From Podarcis bocagei (taxonomy: Eukaryota), in assembly GCA_964188305.1 (NCBI GenBank), contig OZ076886.1: 64,000 bases of DNA; one strand, given 5' to 3'. The translations under genes and the position numbers were made by a program. Positions 51,922-64,000 of this stretch are shown here, one piece after another (positions within the stretch are counted from its first letter, which is position 1; every line of letters starts with the position of its first letter). A model generated the notes under the pieces. That model was given only the letters and a program-made list of their open reading frames with translations. It was not told the origin of the DNA and did not search any database.

Positions 51922-54900
51922 AAGAATTTGACATTTGATATTTCAGAGAAAGCACTGAAGCATCGAAGAAGACATTATGGGGAAAACCTGAACTTTCTTA
52001 GACTTCCTTACACTCCATTACACAATTCCCCCCATTTTTCTGTTCTTTTATTGTTTCTTATCCTCACCTAAACCAGGAAAGATCCTACTATCATAGATTA
52101 ATATAATCTGAGAAAATCAGATCCTGTACTGTAATGTGTTGCACATGAGATACATGCATGTAGACTTCAGCATACGTGTAAGTTTGAAAAATATAAATTT
52201 ATTTTACCATTTAGTATTGTATTTATTTTGAATTATATATAGTGGACACCATAAAGTTTTCAGTGCTTAGGGCCTCTAAATAGAGGCCAGGGCCTCTATT
52301 AATCTGGCCCTGGAGCTATGGTCCCTCATTTACTTTAACATTTCTATCTAGCTTTTCTTTTTCAAAAGTAGTAATAAGCTACACCAACTTTGGAAGTATT
52401 TTTCATAAATGTAAGTGATAACAATTACATTTTTTACTGCTTTATTGCTAAAGCATTGAGGATGACAAAAAAAGTTTTAAATGAGACAAGCCTAGTATGT
52501 ATTAAAATCAGACCTTGCTTCCTTCCCTTGATTATCTTGAACACAAAGTTCTTTAAAGGGGGGGGGGAGAGCGAGAGAGAGAGAGAAAGTGATAAAATAC
52601 TTAAGTAAATTGAAATTGAGTAAATCTGAGGGAGTCTGTGTGTCTTGGGAGGTCAAAGGATCAAAAGGCTACTGTCGGATGCTCAATGAGTATAAGAAAC
52701 AAATCAGTTTAAAGTGCAAATAGTATACAGGTCAGATGTGGGAAGCAAAGTGTTGCTGAAATCACCAGACCAGATGTACTTGAAAAGCAACATTATTTGT
52801 TACACCAACAGCACTGTTGCCAGAGGCTGGAAACTGGTTTGGATCCTGTTTTATTAGTGAGGCAAACAATAGATGTTTTATATAATTCCCATAATGTTCC
52901 TCCCACATCTCTCACCCCACCTTTGAAATTAACCATACAAAAAACGAGGCAACGCACCTCTCACCAAGGGGGAAAGACCCATGGGAATATGAAAAGGGTG
53001 TGCAAATGGTAATTGTGCTGTAGTTGTTACATTTATTCTGAAGCCACACAAGACAGTGACCAGACACGTAATGACAGCATTCATGATTTTTCCATGATGG
53101 AGGCCATGTTCATAGATGTATTTTCCTACACACATATGAAAAGGGCCAGGTGTGAAAAGGCTTGTTTGAACATCAAACTCAGTGAGGTTGCTTAGCTGCT
53201 ACACTAGATCAGAATGCAGCTTTACTTGCCCTTCTGCAATGATTAAGATAATGTGCATATCTATGGGTGTGAGTCTATAAACAATGTGAGGAGAAACAAC
53301 AACAGCAAGTAGGTGTTAGCTTCCCTGTTGAATATATCAGCTTGCCCTGCTGGTTTGCCACAACCTTATGTCTTTCAGATTCTGCCTACACATTGCCTTC
53401 CAAATCTCTGATGGAGCAGATTACATTAGGTGAGTTAGAACTGCCCATTTCCATCCAGCTCGGCTCTGCATTTCCTCAAATGACAAAACAAATATTCTCT
53501 ACACTTGGTTTACTGTAAAACATTATGAAGAAAAGAGGGGAGATGGGGGAACAACTAGGAAGGTTTCTGGTGACTGTCATGATGTGTCAACAAAGAATGT
53601 CACAGGTCCTATGGTGGTTGTTCCTCTTCAGTGTCTTCCCTCTAGATTTGTCAGATCTCAGCCTTCAGTCTTGTCTTGAGCATTCTAGATAAGGAAAACC
53701 TGTCCGGTTGTTAAAGGACAGCCTTCCACAAACTCGTTGTGGGATTCCAGCTCCCACCAGCCCCTGCCTACCCACCCAGCAACATTTCGAGGGTCCCAGG
53801 TAGCCCACCCCCCGATCTAAGGGGGAAATGAGGAGGATGGCAGAAGGGGTGGTGGTGGTACATGCACACTGTATGAGCTCCACCCTCCCATTGTGCAAAT
53901 GCAACCTACACAGCCTGTGTATCCATTTCAGGATGACACCTTACATCTCTCCTTTGCCGAAGTACATTTTGCAGCACATTACCTCACAGAGTTCTTGTGA
54001 AAAGGGAGAGGGGAGCCCCATGTATGCTCTGGAGGGAAAGTGGGTTATAAACGTAATGGTAACTAAAATGATAAAAACGAGAATTTTGACAACAGGAGTT
54101 ACTTGCAAGGAAGTATCACGTTACACAGCTCTAACATAGGATGAGGGAATTGCCATCTTCCAGCGTAAAAGGCCAACAGACTCCTGGAAGCCCTTGGGTT
54201 TATTAATCTAGTTTCCTTGGCAATATTGGGCAATAATACCAAACCTGTTCATTTAAAAGCAAAAACAAATTATCTGTTAGAGTGATTGTATTTGCACAAA
54301 AAAACATAAGTTTGCCCTTCCTTTAGTTTTATATTCTCACACATAGCAGCACAGGCAAACAATAACGCACATCTGTAATGAATGCCATATGCAATTATCT
54401 GCAGCACCACCTCCACTAATGCCAGAAGTGGCTATTTTAGCAGAGCTCTAAATCTGCTGTCTTCTCCTGCAGCCATTACTGCGTACTTTGGAGCATATCA
54501 CGCTAGGTTTTCCATTTTTAAATGACTTCACGCATACTTCATCTATCTGTAGATGATTATTGGTGGGAATTGCTTTCATCAGAATTATGCCTATGCTGCA
54601 TGCCATTCTTACGGTCTTTAAAAGAAAGGATTCTGTCAATACATCTGGAGAGATCAGAGTTCAAGGGAAAGGGGTTGGTACTGGCTTATGCCTCTTTACA
54701 GCTACAGGGTCAGCTGAATGCACAGAGCTTTCAGGTGTAAGTCTATCAGTGGCCCTGTTTTTTATTTTGCATATTATGACATTTATATCTGTCCTCTAAG
54801 GAAGCTCTTGCCATCACTGACAAATCCTCTGTGGGCTGAACCAGCCAGATGAAAGCACACTGGGTGGTTATAGGGACAACCGTTTGGTTGGTTGGGATGT

Positions 54901-56269
54901 ACTATGGACTCACGACTCCCCACCCTACATTTCTCCTCCCCTTCCTGGCTTGCTGTAACCATAGTCTGCTATGGCATCCAAACACAAACTATAGTTATTG
55001 CTAACCATACTGTTACATGCCACCCCAATCTCTGAGCAGTGAGAGATTCCAGGGGTTCCAAGCACTTACCCAGAAACTGGTTTCCTCACCCTAAAAGCTG
55101 AACATAGGATGGAGGGGCTCACAGCATTAACAGCCCAACATATCTTGCTCCTCCAATAGTCACAGCTTTAGATTAAACATGTCTCTGTGTCTTCAGCTTC
55201 TAATTCACATGCACACATCTCTGCTGTTATTCTCCTATCTAGCAGATGAACAGGGTTGAAGGCCCACCCATTTGTTCCATGGCACAGGGCAACTTTTTGG
55301 GTTATCCTAATCATGGTACTTAATGAGCCAGCCAAAGCCATTTTCTTAATTAAGGAACTGGTTTGGCAAGCTTGCTAATACCACAGACGCAGGATGCCAG
55401 GAACTGGAAGGGACTCCGGGCATCACCCAAACTGACACCCCCTCCCAACATAACAAAAATTGTCCAAATTGGAAATCCACTTCAAAAACCATGGCTTTGG
55501 ATTTTATGACGAAGGCACACTTTGGTAACCAAGAAGCAGAGGGTGGAATTGGCACATCTGAGGGGTGGAGGAAGGCCTGAGAGCAAATTTCTGACAGCCT
55601 TGGCTATGGCATCTGAATTGAGCCAATAGGTCTCAGTCTAACCTTCTTCATGGGGCAGGTAACTCGTCAAGGACTTTACAGATTGTGTGAGAATGGGCAA
55701 AACATCTGAGTCATGTCTGGGTGTGGCAGCTAAGGGGGAAAACCTGGGGGAAGGAACAAAGTGGCATGAGGAGGAGTGTGTATTTGTGAGGAGAGTGGTG
55801 CAGGGGCAGAGAGGCACAATAGCTGGGAGTCATCATGAAGAGAAGGGCAAGCAGGCAGCAGGAGCATCAAGTCCAGAAATAGAGCAACTGTGTACCAAAG
55901 ATATGGCAGGCAGGAGGGAGTTATCAGGGATCCAGAACTGTCAAGAAGGAATGCAGCTTGAGATAGCTGGGGCTGTGAATAAAAGGTAGAACTAAAGAGA
56001 AGAATCAAGAAGAGGTGGAAATCAGTGTGGAAAAGAGGAATGAACTAAGGGGTTAACCTATCTGATAATTGCACGTTTACAGAAAAGCAAGTCCCACTGA
56101 GTTCAGCTCCCAAATGAGTGTTCAAAGGATTGTAGCCTAAATGTTTGTGGGAAAATATGGAGTTTTGTGGTCTTGGATAATACTGAAGGGAGAGGTGTCA
56201 AATACCAGGAAGGGTGGAAATTCAGCTCAGTCATGAAGCTAATGGGCAGGTGGTAGAATGGTAAACTAT

Positions 56270-56425
56270 GATGGAAGGTACCCATGTTTTGATCCCCATT
56301 TGACCATGAAGTTACCTGGGGGCAACCATGGACCGATCAGTATCTCTCCATCTAACATACGTCACAGTGAAGGACCATGTGCAGTATCTTGATATCCTTG
56401 GAGAGAAGGCAGGATATAAATGCAA
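56270..56425 (+). mobile_element. MIR/CORE-like SINE with L2-type tail
   Basis: ccatgaagttacctggg...tctctccatctaacatac...ccttggagagaaggcaggatataaatg. Confidence 0.5.
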
Positions 56426-59400
56426 TTGATAAGAGCATGCTGGGACCAAGAGTGTCCTACTCTACTATATATTTCTTTTTTGGGGTGGGGTGGAGATGTG
56501 CTTTTTAATGGATTTTTGTAGTAGCCAAATTAAGAATGTGCAAGCCACTAAGGAGTGAAATCACAGGACAAAGAAAACCAGGCTTGCTTGTTATGAAATC
56601 TGCAGTTTCATTGAGGGTTGTAGAAGGTGATTTTGCCATGTTCGTGTCATAAACCTAGAAGGATTTCTGCTCATCTTTCTTGACAGCCAGTACGTTAAGC
56701 AGAACAAATGTGTTGCTACCTACAAACCTCCGAAACCACTTGGCGTGTAATTGGCCCTGGTTGCGTTTGCACTTGCTTGTTGCTAATTGCAAAAAGGCAA
56801 AGTGACAGCACTCTGGGGTTGCTGCTTCCAGGACACAATGCAAGTGCCATTAATGTCCTGCAACAGCCTATGCATCCGTGACCCCAGTAGTAATGGCAAC
56901 CTTCTATTTACCTCCAACTTTACAAGAGGTGCAACAGCTTAAGGGGAAAGTGTTTCTCTTTACTATTTGAATAGTAAACAAATCCCTTAAAGACACACAT
57001 TCTTCCACTTGCGTGACTCTAGCCTAGGCGCCTTGGTCACGTGGGGCTTGGCTCAGGAGGCCAGCCATTGAAGGCTGTCAGCAAGAGCCACCTGAAGACT
57101 TTTATCTGGCTAGTTCAGGCTACAGCGGATTTGTCCAAGGCAGGAGAAACCATGTTTGCTAGGGCTGGGAATCAGCTGGCTAGTGACAGCTACGTGCCAA
57201 AGGATCTGCCACTGTTCTACGGAAGCTTTTGCTTTCTTCCAAGGAATTCAGTTGTTCCTATTCCACTATTCCAAGGACCATGTGCACTATCTTGAGATCC
57301 TTGGAGAGAAGGCAGGATATAAATATAATAGATAAGAGCATGCTGGTCACAGAGGACATTGGGAGGTGGCAGCAGCAAAGGGTGAATGGGGCACTGCCCC
57401 ACAAACCTCAATTTGTCCTCCAGCATCCTATGTCGGCCTGCCTTCTTGCTTACAACCAGTTCACAGGGTGGCCCTGGCTCTCAACTTCCTCCTCGGTCTC
57501 AATGTTGCCTTTTTAGAACTCAGAAAGATGGTGACAAAACTAGAATACTGCAGTTGGTTCCACCTGCCATTTGCTCTAGTGCCACCTACTGGTGGCCTTC
57601 CTGCCTTTCTCCCCACCAATGGGCACCAGCCACTACTGGATGACATTCATCTCCTCCTGTACAATGCACAGCTTCAAGACACAAGCATCCACTTTTGACC
57701 CAAGTCTAGAGTCTCTGACTTCTTCATAGGCCTCTGTGGCAGAAGGCTGTTCTTCTGATATCACATCCGATTCAGCCATTTGCTTCTGTTCTGCTTTGAT
57801 ACAAGGATGCCACCTGAGGAGATGCAAGGGAGTGAGGTTTCCATGTCCCAACTTTTAAGCCTGATGTCGAGTGGCTTTCTGGGCATGGGAAATGGTGGCT
57901 GGCATCCAAAAGAGCTCTTGCTCCTCTTCCTGTCTGGCTAAGATACATCATTTTGCCACCTCCCCATGCTCTGCCAAGACAAGGAACCGGGGTGGCAGAT
58001 TAGGGTGGTGAGTCATGGATTGCCTAATGCAAGGATTTGCATTACCAAAGCGGATAAAGGAGGACACCAATTTGCATAAAATGTGCTTACTATAATACAA
58101 ACAGAAATACAGTACATCCCACCATCGTGGGGAAGGCACTACATAACGTGTGCCTTCTCCGTCTGCTGCCCAGGTGATAACTGCTGACAGAGAACTCCAG
58201 GGCCCCTGGTCTCGCCACTTAGGGTTCTTTGTCATTAACTCAGACTTGGACTGGACAGCCCTCTAACAGAGAACTGCCCTCTGTAATGTTGGACCACACT
58301 GGGGAAGTCGAAAGCTGCCACTACTTGCCACACCATATACACCTAATGTAAACACACACACAGAGAGAGAAAAACACACACAATTGGCCACCCCAGAAAA
58401 CTGATGCAAATCCCGTCCCCAATTCCCCTCCTGCAAATACGGCAGCAAACTGAGGAACAGCATTTTGCAGCAGCTCCACTTGCCAATCCCCAATCTGTTT
58501 TTAGCAGCAGAGGAAACCTTGATGAACGGAAAGAAAGCAGTAAAATGTGCACTCATTTTCACTTCAATATTTCAGCACACAGCAGCGAGGCCATGTTTCC
58601 CTTTTATCTCTCTGTGGCATGCGTGTTGTGTTATCAGCTGATGCCTCTGCATTGATGAATCTGCTGAGCTGTAAAAAAGAGAGAAGAGAGAGAGAGAACT
58701 GCTGAATAAGAGGAGTAAATAAAAGGAAGCAAAATCTTCCATTGTCCACTGGTGACAGCGGTAGGACCCTGATTAATAATGGAACAGCTTTTCCAGGAAA
58801 GGAGACACTGCAGCCTGAGCCAAGCAGCGGCACTGAACTGATATGATGCTGTTCCAGGAAAGGCTGCTGTTTCACAAGGTTTTGTGGAGCCATTACTCTA
58901 TGCTGCAGGCGTCATGTGCCCAAAGGCTGTGATTCTGCTGCATCTGCTGCAGAGCATCCTGCCTCCGTGCTGCCACACATGAAAGCAGCCGTGGCCTAAA
59001 TTCTGCAGCCAGTACAAAAACAGAGGCTTGTGCAGTGATGCAGCCAAGAGACGAGAGGTTATATGGAAGCCATATTGGTGTATTTGTTCATTCCTAAAGG
59101 AGTGACTGATCTGAGGCAGGAACCACATCTGGATCTGAGATCCAGAACACATACTGATTTCCTCCTACTGCCTGTGATCCAGAAAGAGAGGCAAGGTTGT
59201 TTCAGTCTTGCTAGGAGTGCCTGACAATTGTAATATCTCGTACATTTTCACAATATCCTCTCCGGGCTGCCTTTATACCCTACATTTTTTTGTTTCAGGC
59301 AATTTCAATCCTCTCAGCTTTGGTATATCCAAATCACTCTGTCCTTAGCAAACTGTTTTATTTTGTTGCTCTGTGGCTTACAAAGGATCCGTAAGAAAAA

Positions 59401-60252
59401 ATATCCTGTAGTTTGTGCTTATTCTTTTTGTGTGTGTCAAGTTATAATTAGGCCACAAGTATGTGCCAACTTGTAGGAAGTATCAAAGCCTAACCACATT
59501 GACCGAGTTAATATTTAATTAGTCACCATTATATTTCAGTATAAGTACCCATTTACAAGATTGATTCTATTATGGATAAGCTTTTCATAGGCATTAATAA
59601 GATTTTGAAACCAAGCTTCTGTTTTCAGCTATTTACTGCCTATGAGAAGGGAAATTGACTTTGCTTGGGTACATCCCAAACTAAGGAAGCTGCCACACAG
59701 ATCCATTTCCCTTGATGTTCCATCCTTTGATGACCCACTGTGTATGGAGAAATCAGATGGCACTATTGTGAAAGTACTACAATCTGTGTTTTCTGTGTTG
59801 TCCACTCACAGTTTTCCAATTTGTTAAAAACGGCAATAGAATCCAATTACATGAGTCCATGCAGCATGGATGGACAAAACATTATTGAGGCTTTTCAGGG
59901 TTTCTGTGCTTTTAATTAAAAGTTTCCTGTTTATAGGCCCTGCCCTTTTGTTTTTTTCTTGCTGATTAAGCGGGGGGGGGGGGCAGGGGATTAAAAGGAA
60001 CTCAATTGTTCCAGTCCCAGTTTCTGTTCTCACTCGTTCTCTGTTTTTCTGTTAATTTTTCATAGCAAAACATTAAATATTACAGAAAGATTTTGCTCAC
60101 GGGGGAAGGTATTGCTGGATAATATAGCATTACATCAAGGGCAATGTGAAACCTAGGTTTTAATTCTGCTTCTAGCTAATTGCAGCAAAGCAAAGCATCA
60201 ACAAGCACTCACAGGCTCTAGTCTGCAGCAACCTCATTTCCTGTATAAAATA

Positions 60253-60421
60253 CCGTATTTTTTGCACCATAACACTCACTTTTTTCCTCCTAGAAAGTAA
60301 GGGGAAATGTCTGTGCGTGTTATTGAGGAAATGCCTACGGGTGGCATGCCTACGGATTTTCCTCCTCTAAAAACTACGTGCGTGTTATGGTCGGGTGCGT
60401 GTTATAGAGCGAAAAATACGG
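60253..60421. mobile_element. Tc1/mariner (Tc2/pogo-like) MITE, 169 bp
   Basis: TA TSD, TIR CCGTATTTTT...AAAAATACGG, subterminal TGCGTGTTAT repeats. Confidence 0.88.
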
Positions 60422-60959
60422 TACCTTCCTTGATACACCTAGAATGCTGCTACTTACTACTTGCTGATTGTTTCCTGCTTTGCATTTCTGCTTACTCCCT
60501 ATTCCTTTTGCAGGGGTATCTTATCCCCTTCCTACCTTTTCTACCTTCATGAAGCTTTTCCCCCAGATCGCCTGCTGCTTCCACGTCACTCTCACTTCCC
60601 CACTTGTAGCCATATGTGTCAAGGTGTCCTGCAGACATCTTCTTTAGGTTGGCCTTTCCATCAACCAGTTCTCCATCTTCCCATTTCTTTGTTTACCTGC
60701 CACTTCTATCCCTGCTGTACAACTGTCTCACCTCTGCATGGTCTTCTGGAAATGGAAGTAGGAATAGAAGTGAACAGAGAAAAAGAATGGACACCAAGGG
60801 CAGATAAAGTAATCTGGGTAGTGGGGGAGCACCTGTTTTGCATGCAGAAGGTCCCGGGTTCAAGCCTCAACATGTCCAGGTAGGCCTGAAAATTCTGGAG
60901 AACCTCTGCAAGACAGTGTGGACAACAGCAGTGCAAGCTAGATGGACCAATGATGTGAC

Positions 60960-61222
60960 TAGGGCTGGGCGATATATAGATATATAGTCCAAAATCGGTT
61001 TGAAGTCCATGCTGCAATATCCGTTTCATAAGTTTTGACCTAGCAATGGATCACGAATCATAATGTGCATGAGAGAGAGAGTGCTATGCAATAATCACAA
61101 TACAGGAAAAACTGTGAAGCCGGTCAATGCCTATGCATAGCTCCATCCTTATTTCAGACATGGTGAAATACTGGTATATCATGATGTTTAGCTGGTGATA
61201 GATCATAATGTTGAAAACCAAA

Positions 61223-61274
<52 letters not shown>

Positions 61275-61615
61275 TATATACCACTCTATACCCAGGGTAC
61301 ATTCCCCCCCCCCAAAAAAAAACATTTTAAAAGGGCATAGGATGTAAATTGGATCAACCAAGGCCTGGTTAAAAAGTAACATTTTTGCTTGGTGCCTAAA
61401 GGTGTATAATGAAGATGCCAGGTGAACTTCCCTGGGGACAGCATTCCACAGATGGGGAGCCACTGCAGAGAAGGCCCATTCTCGTGTTGCCACCCTCCAG
61501 ACCTCTCAAGGAGACACATGAAGAAGCGCCTCAGAAGATGATCTCGGGTTCTGGGTAGGTTCATATGGAAAGAGGCGGTCCTTGAGGTATTGCGGTCCTG
61601 AGCGGCCCAGCCTTA
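60960..61615. mobile_element. hAT element containing an L2 insertion
   Basis: TIR TAGGGCTGGGC...GCCCAGCCTTA and 8-bp TSD GATGTGAC/GATATGAC (1 mismatch). Confidence 0.8.
61223..61603 (-). mobile_element. 5'-truncated L2-type LINE with (AAT)n tail
   Basis: Peptide WAFSAVAPHLWNAVPREVHLASSLYTFRHQAKMLLF resembles the L2 ORF2 C-terminus; (ATT)n at 61223-61273. Confidence 0.8.
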
Positions 61616-61696
61616 GATATGACGCAGTATAAGGCAGCCTCTTAGAGCAGAAGTCATATTGCTTAGAAGCCAAGCAAGACATGATAGTAGCATAAT

Positions 61697-62312
61697 GAGA
61701 AGGATAGAACGTTTTTTATGTATGCTACCACAGCAGCAAGAATTTTGATCGCTAAATATTGGAAGACTCAAGATTTGCCCACACTGGAAGAGTGGCAAAC
61801 GCAACTGATGGACTATATGGAATTGGCCGAAATGACTGCCAGAATCCGAGACCTGGGAGAAGAAGCAATGGAGGAGGACTGGAAAAAATTTAAGAACTAT
61901 TTGCAAAAATTTTACAAGTTATATGAACTATAAAAAGACGCATAATTTGAAATGCCAGCCCCAGCAATGAGAGCGTAATATATATGAAATTGGATAACAA
62001 TATTGAAAGAACCAAAGTTTAAATGTTAAATACAACAATATGTTTTATTTTTAGAGTAAATGGATAATAAGGGATTTAAACTTAAATTGCAATTGAAAGT
62101 ATAAAGGAACACATGAAACAAGATTATAATTTGCTGACAAATTTATTGTTAAGAATGCATTGTGCGGGAGATGTGGGGAAGTTCGATAGAAAGATGAAGT
62201 AAGCTGTTGAAAAGTCATACTTTTTTCTTCTTTTGTCTTTTATCTTTTTGTTTCTCTTTCTTCTGTTTATGTTTGAAAAAATGTAATAAAAACTATTTAA
62301 AAAATAAATAAA
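61697..62312 (+). mobile_element. 5'-truncated L1/Tx1-clade LINE (ORF2 C-terminus, 3' UTR, A-rich tail)
   Basis: YATTAARILIAKYWKTQDLPTLEEWQTQLMDYMELAEMT...EDWKKFKNYL is typical of squamate L1 ORF2 ends; AATAAA and an A-rich tail near 62285-62312. Confidence 0.85.
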
Positions 62313-64000
62313 TGTGTATCTGCCTCAAATATGTAGGAAGTGGAGGAGACTGGTTTTAATTGGGGTGCAGATGAGAAGTGTAGAACCCTTCTGCTGCTCA
62401 TAGCTTACACCTCTCTTCAAGAGCAGCTAAGGAGAATTCTTTTTGGGGAAACCAATGGTCTTTGTTGTGAAATCTTTGTTAAGATGCAGAGTTGAGCACT
62501 CCTAAACCATGAACCCACTTTTCTTCTTAAAATGGACCCCTGCCCCTATGACTGGGGCAGATCCATATATAAACACATGGTTTGCCACGATCATATCCGA
62601 GTTTGGCTGTTAATAGCATACATGCAAATTATTCTACAGGGTACATAACAGTGAAACATAATGATGCTAGTAATGACCTCCCATCAAAATGTGGTTATTA
62701 AGGAAAGGCTATATTCAGTTTCTCATCTACATGCAGTATTCCAGTTAATATTTATAGCGTGCCCTCTGGGCTATAGTTAAAACAGGGAATCATATTTTTC
62801 TACAAAATGGCTCCTTCGCTCCTGAATTCACGGCTTGGGCAATTAGTGGCCTGAAACTGGAAAAAAGAAATAGTGATTCAGACTTGCCAGTTGAATTCAC
62901 AACCCAAAACTTCACTCTGCCATCACGGATGTGACTTTCCCCTCTGCTTCAGACCACATGAATGGCAGAGGGGAGAGCCCAATCCAGCCAGCAACATTTT
63001 CTTTGTGTTATCTGAGCAGGCAGTTCTTTCTAATTTAATTTAATTTTGATTAAGGTAGCTGTAGGAGTGGAACGTAACATGAGAGTCAGGAAAGCAGGCA
63101 GGAAGACTAACTCAGAGGCACAGAGAAAAAACAGAGACTGAAATAAGAGAACAAGAACCAGGATGTGACTCAGCACAATTGCAATGGGGGAGGGAGGAGA
63201 AACAGGCCAGTGGAGGTTTAGCAGGCTTTCAGTTAAAAAGAAAGGCTTTATTTTACATATGTCCTCTGACTGACAGTTAAATAATAGCAAGCACCTTTTG
63301 AAACAAAAACACCTGCCATAGTTCCCTCCCCTTCTTTTGTCATTAACAGTATAAATAGATAGAAACTATAAATCCCCCCTTTGCAGTTCTGGCTTTCCTT
63401 GTTTCATTTTGTTTTTCAGCCTTCCTTTATTGCAAAATTTCAAACTTCTGCAGCCGCAGTCCGATAACTAAAGGATGCTTTTAAAAATAAAGGGGTGGGG
63501 GGTGGGAATAGGAAGAAGGGAAGGTCAGGAGGAAAAGTGCCTGCTAATAAATCTGCATTTTTTTCCCCAGGCTTCATTAGCCCATGCCAGGCCATCATAG
63601 TTGACAGGCCTTAGCTCCAATCAGATGATTCTGCTCCTGGTCAGCAACTCCTCTCCTGGCATCCTGGCATACAGCACAAGTATTGAAGGCAGCGGCAGGG
63701 CATATGGTGCATATAACCCATGGCAGGGTGTGGAGAGTGCCCCCCCAAGCGCGGGACAGCTGCTCAGGTGCATGGAGCTGCGCAAATTCCCTGCCGCCAA
63801 TGGTGGATATTCAGCACACCGCCTGCCTGTGACTCCCAAGCCTCCCTCAGCTATCAAAACAAAGGGAGAATACCACCGGCAAAGCAGCACAGCTCCCCCC
63901 TTCCCCCAACGGCTTGAAGTAGGCTTGGGAGTCACGGGTGGGCAGCACACCAAATGTCACTCCCTCAGCAAAGACACCCAGGGTGGTCCACCCCCACTGC

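Larger units (their letters stand above)
60815..61643 (+). mobile_element. tRNA-derived SINE split by a hAT element
   Basis: Head gagcacctgttttgcatgcagaaggtcccgggttcaagcc; body to gctagatggaccaatgatgtgac; resumes gcagtataaggcagc at 61624. Confidence 0.75.

Noticed and set aside
60820-60880. tRNA-like sequence
   Set aside because: Degenerate SINE head continuing into a SINE body with no intact cloverleaf.

Overview
Vertebrate genomic DNA. The repeat content (CR1, L2, L1, tRNA-derived SINEs, hAT and Tc1/mariner MITEs) points to a squamate reptile, probably a lacertid lizard (inference). The window holds the 5' half of CPEB4 on the minus strand: a CpG-island promoter near 38.4 kb, a long leader with about 10 upstream ATGs, coding exon 1 (36600-35476, 375 codons), exon 2 (22529-22448, 82 nt) and the 24-nt neuronal microexon ARTYGRRR (1275-1252). 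Exons 2 and 4 are not in the ORF track. The RRM/ZZ exons lie left of position 1. I could not find the 51-nt mammalian exon 3. From about 40.6 kb to the end there is no recognisable host gene, only transposon debris, some of it nested. Main leads: (1) a strong 3' splice acceptor 27 nt before the CPEB4 ATG, plus candidate donors in the leader and in a second upstream CpG island, which could let transcripts skip the uORFs; (2) apparent absence of exon 3; (3) a possible intronic polyadenylation product encoding only the disordered domain; (4) a 79-nt hairpin between the two CpG islands. Everything was read by eye with no database searches.
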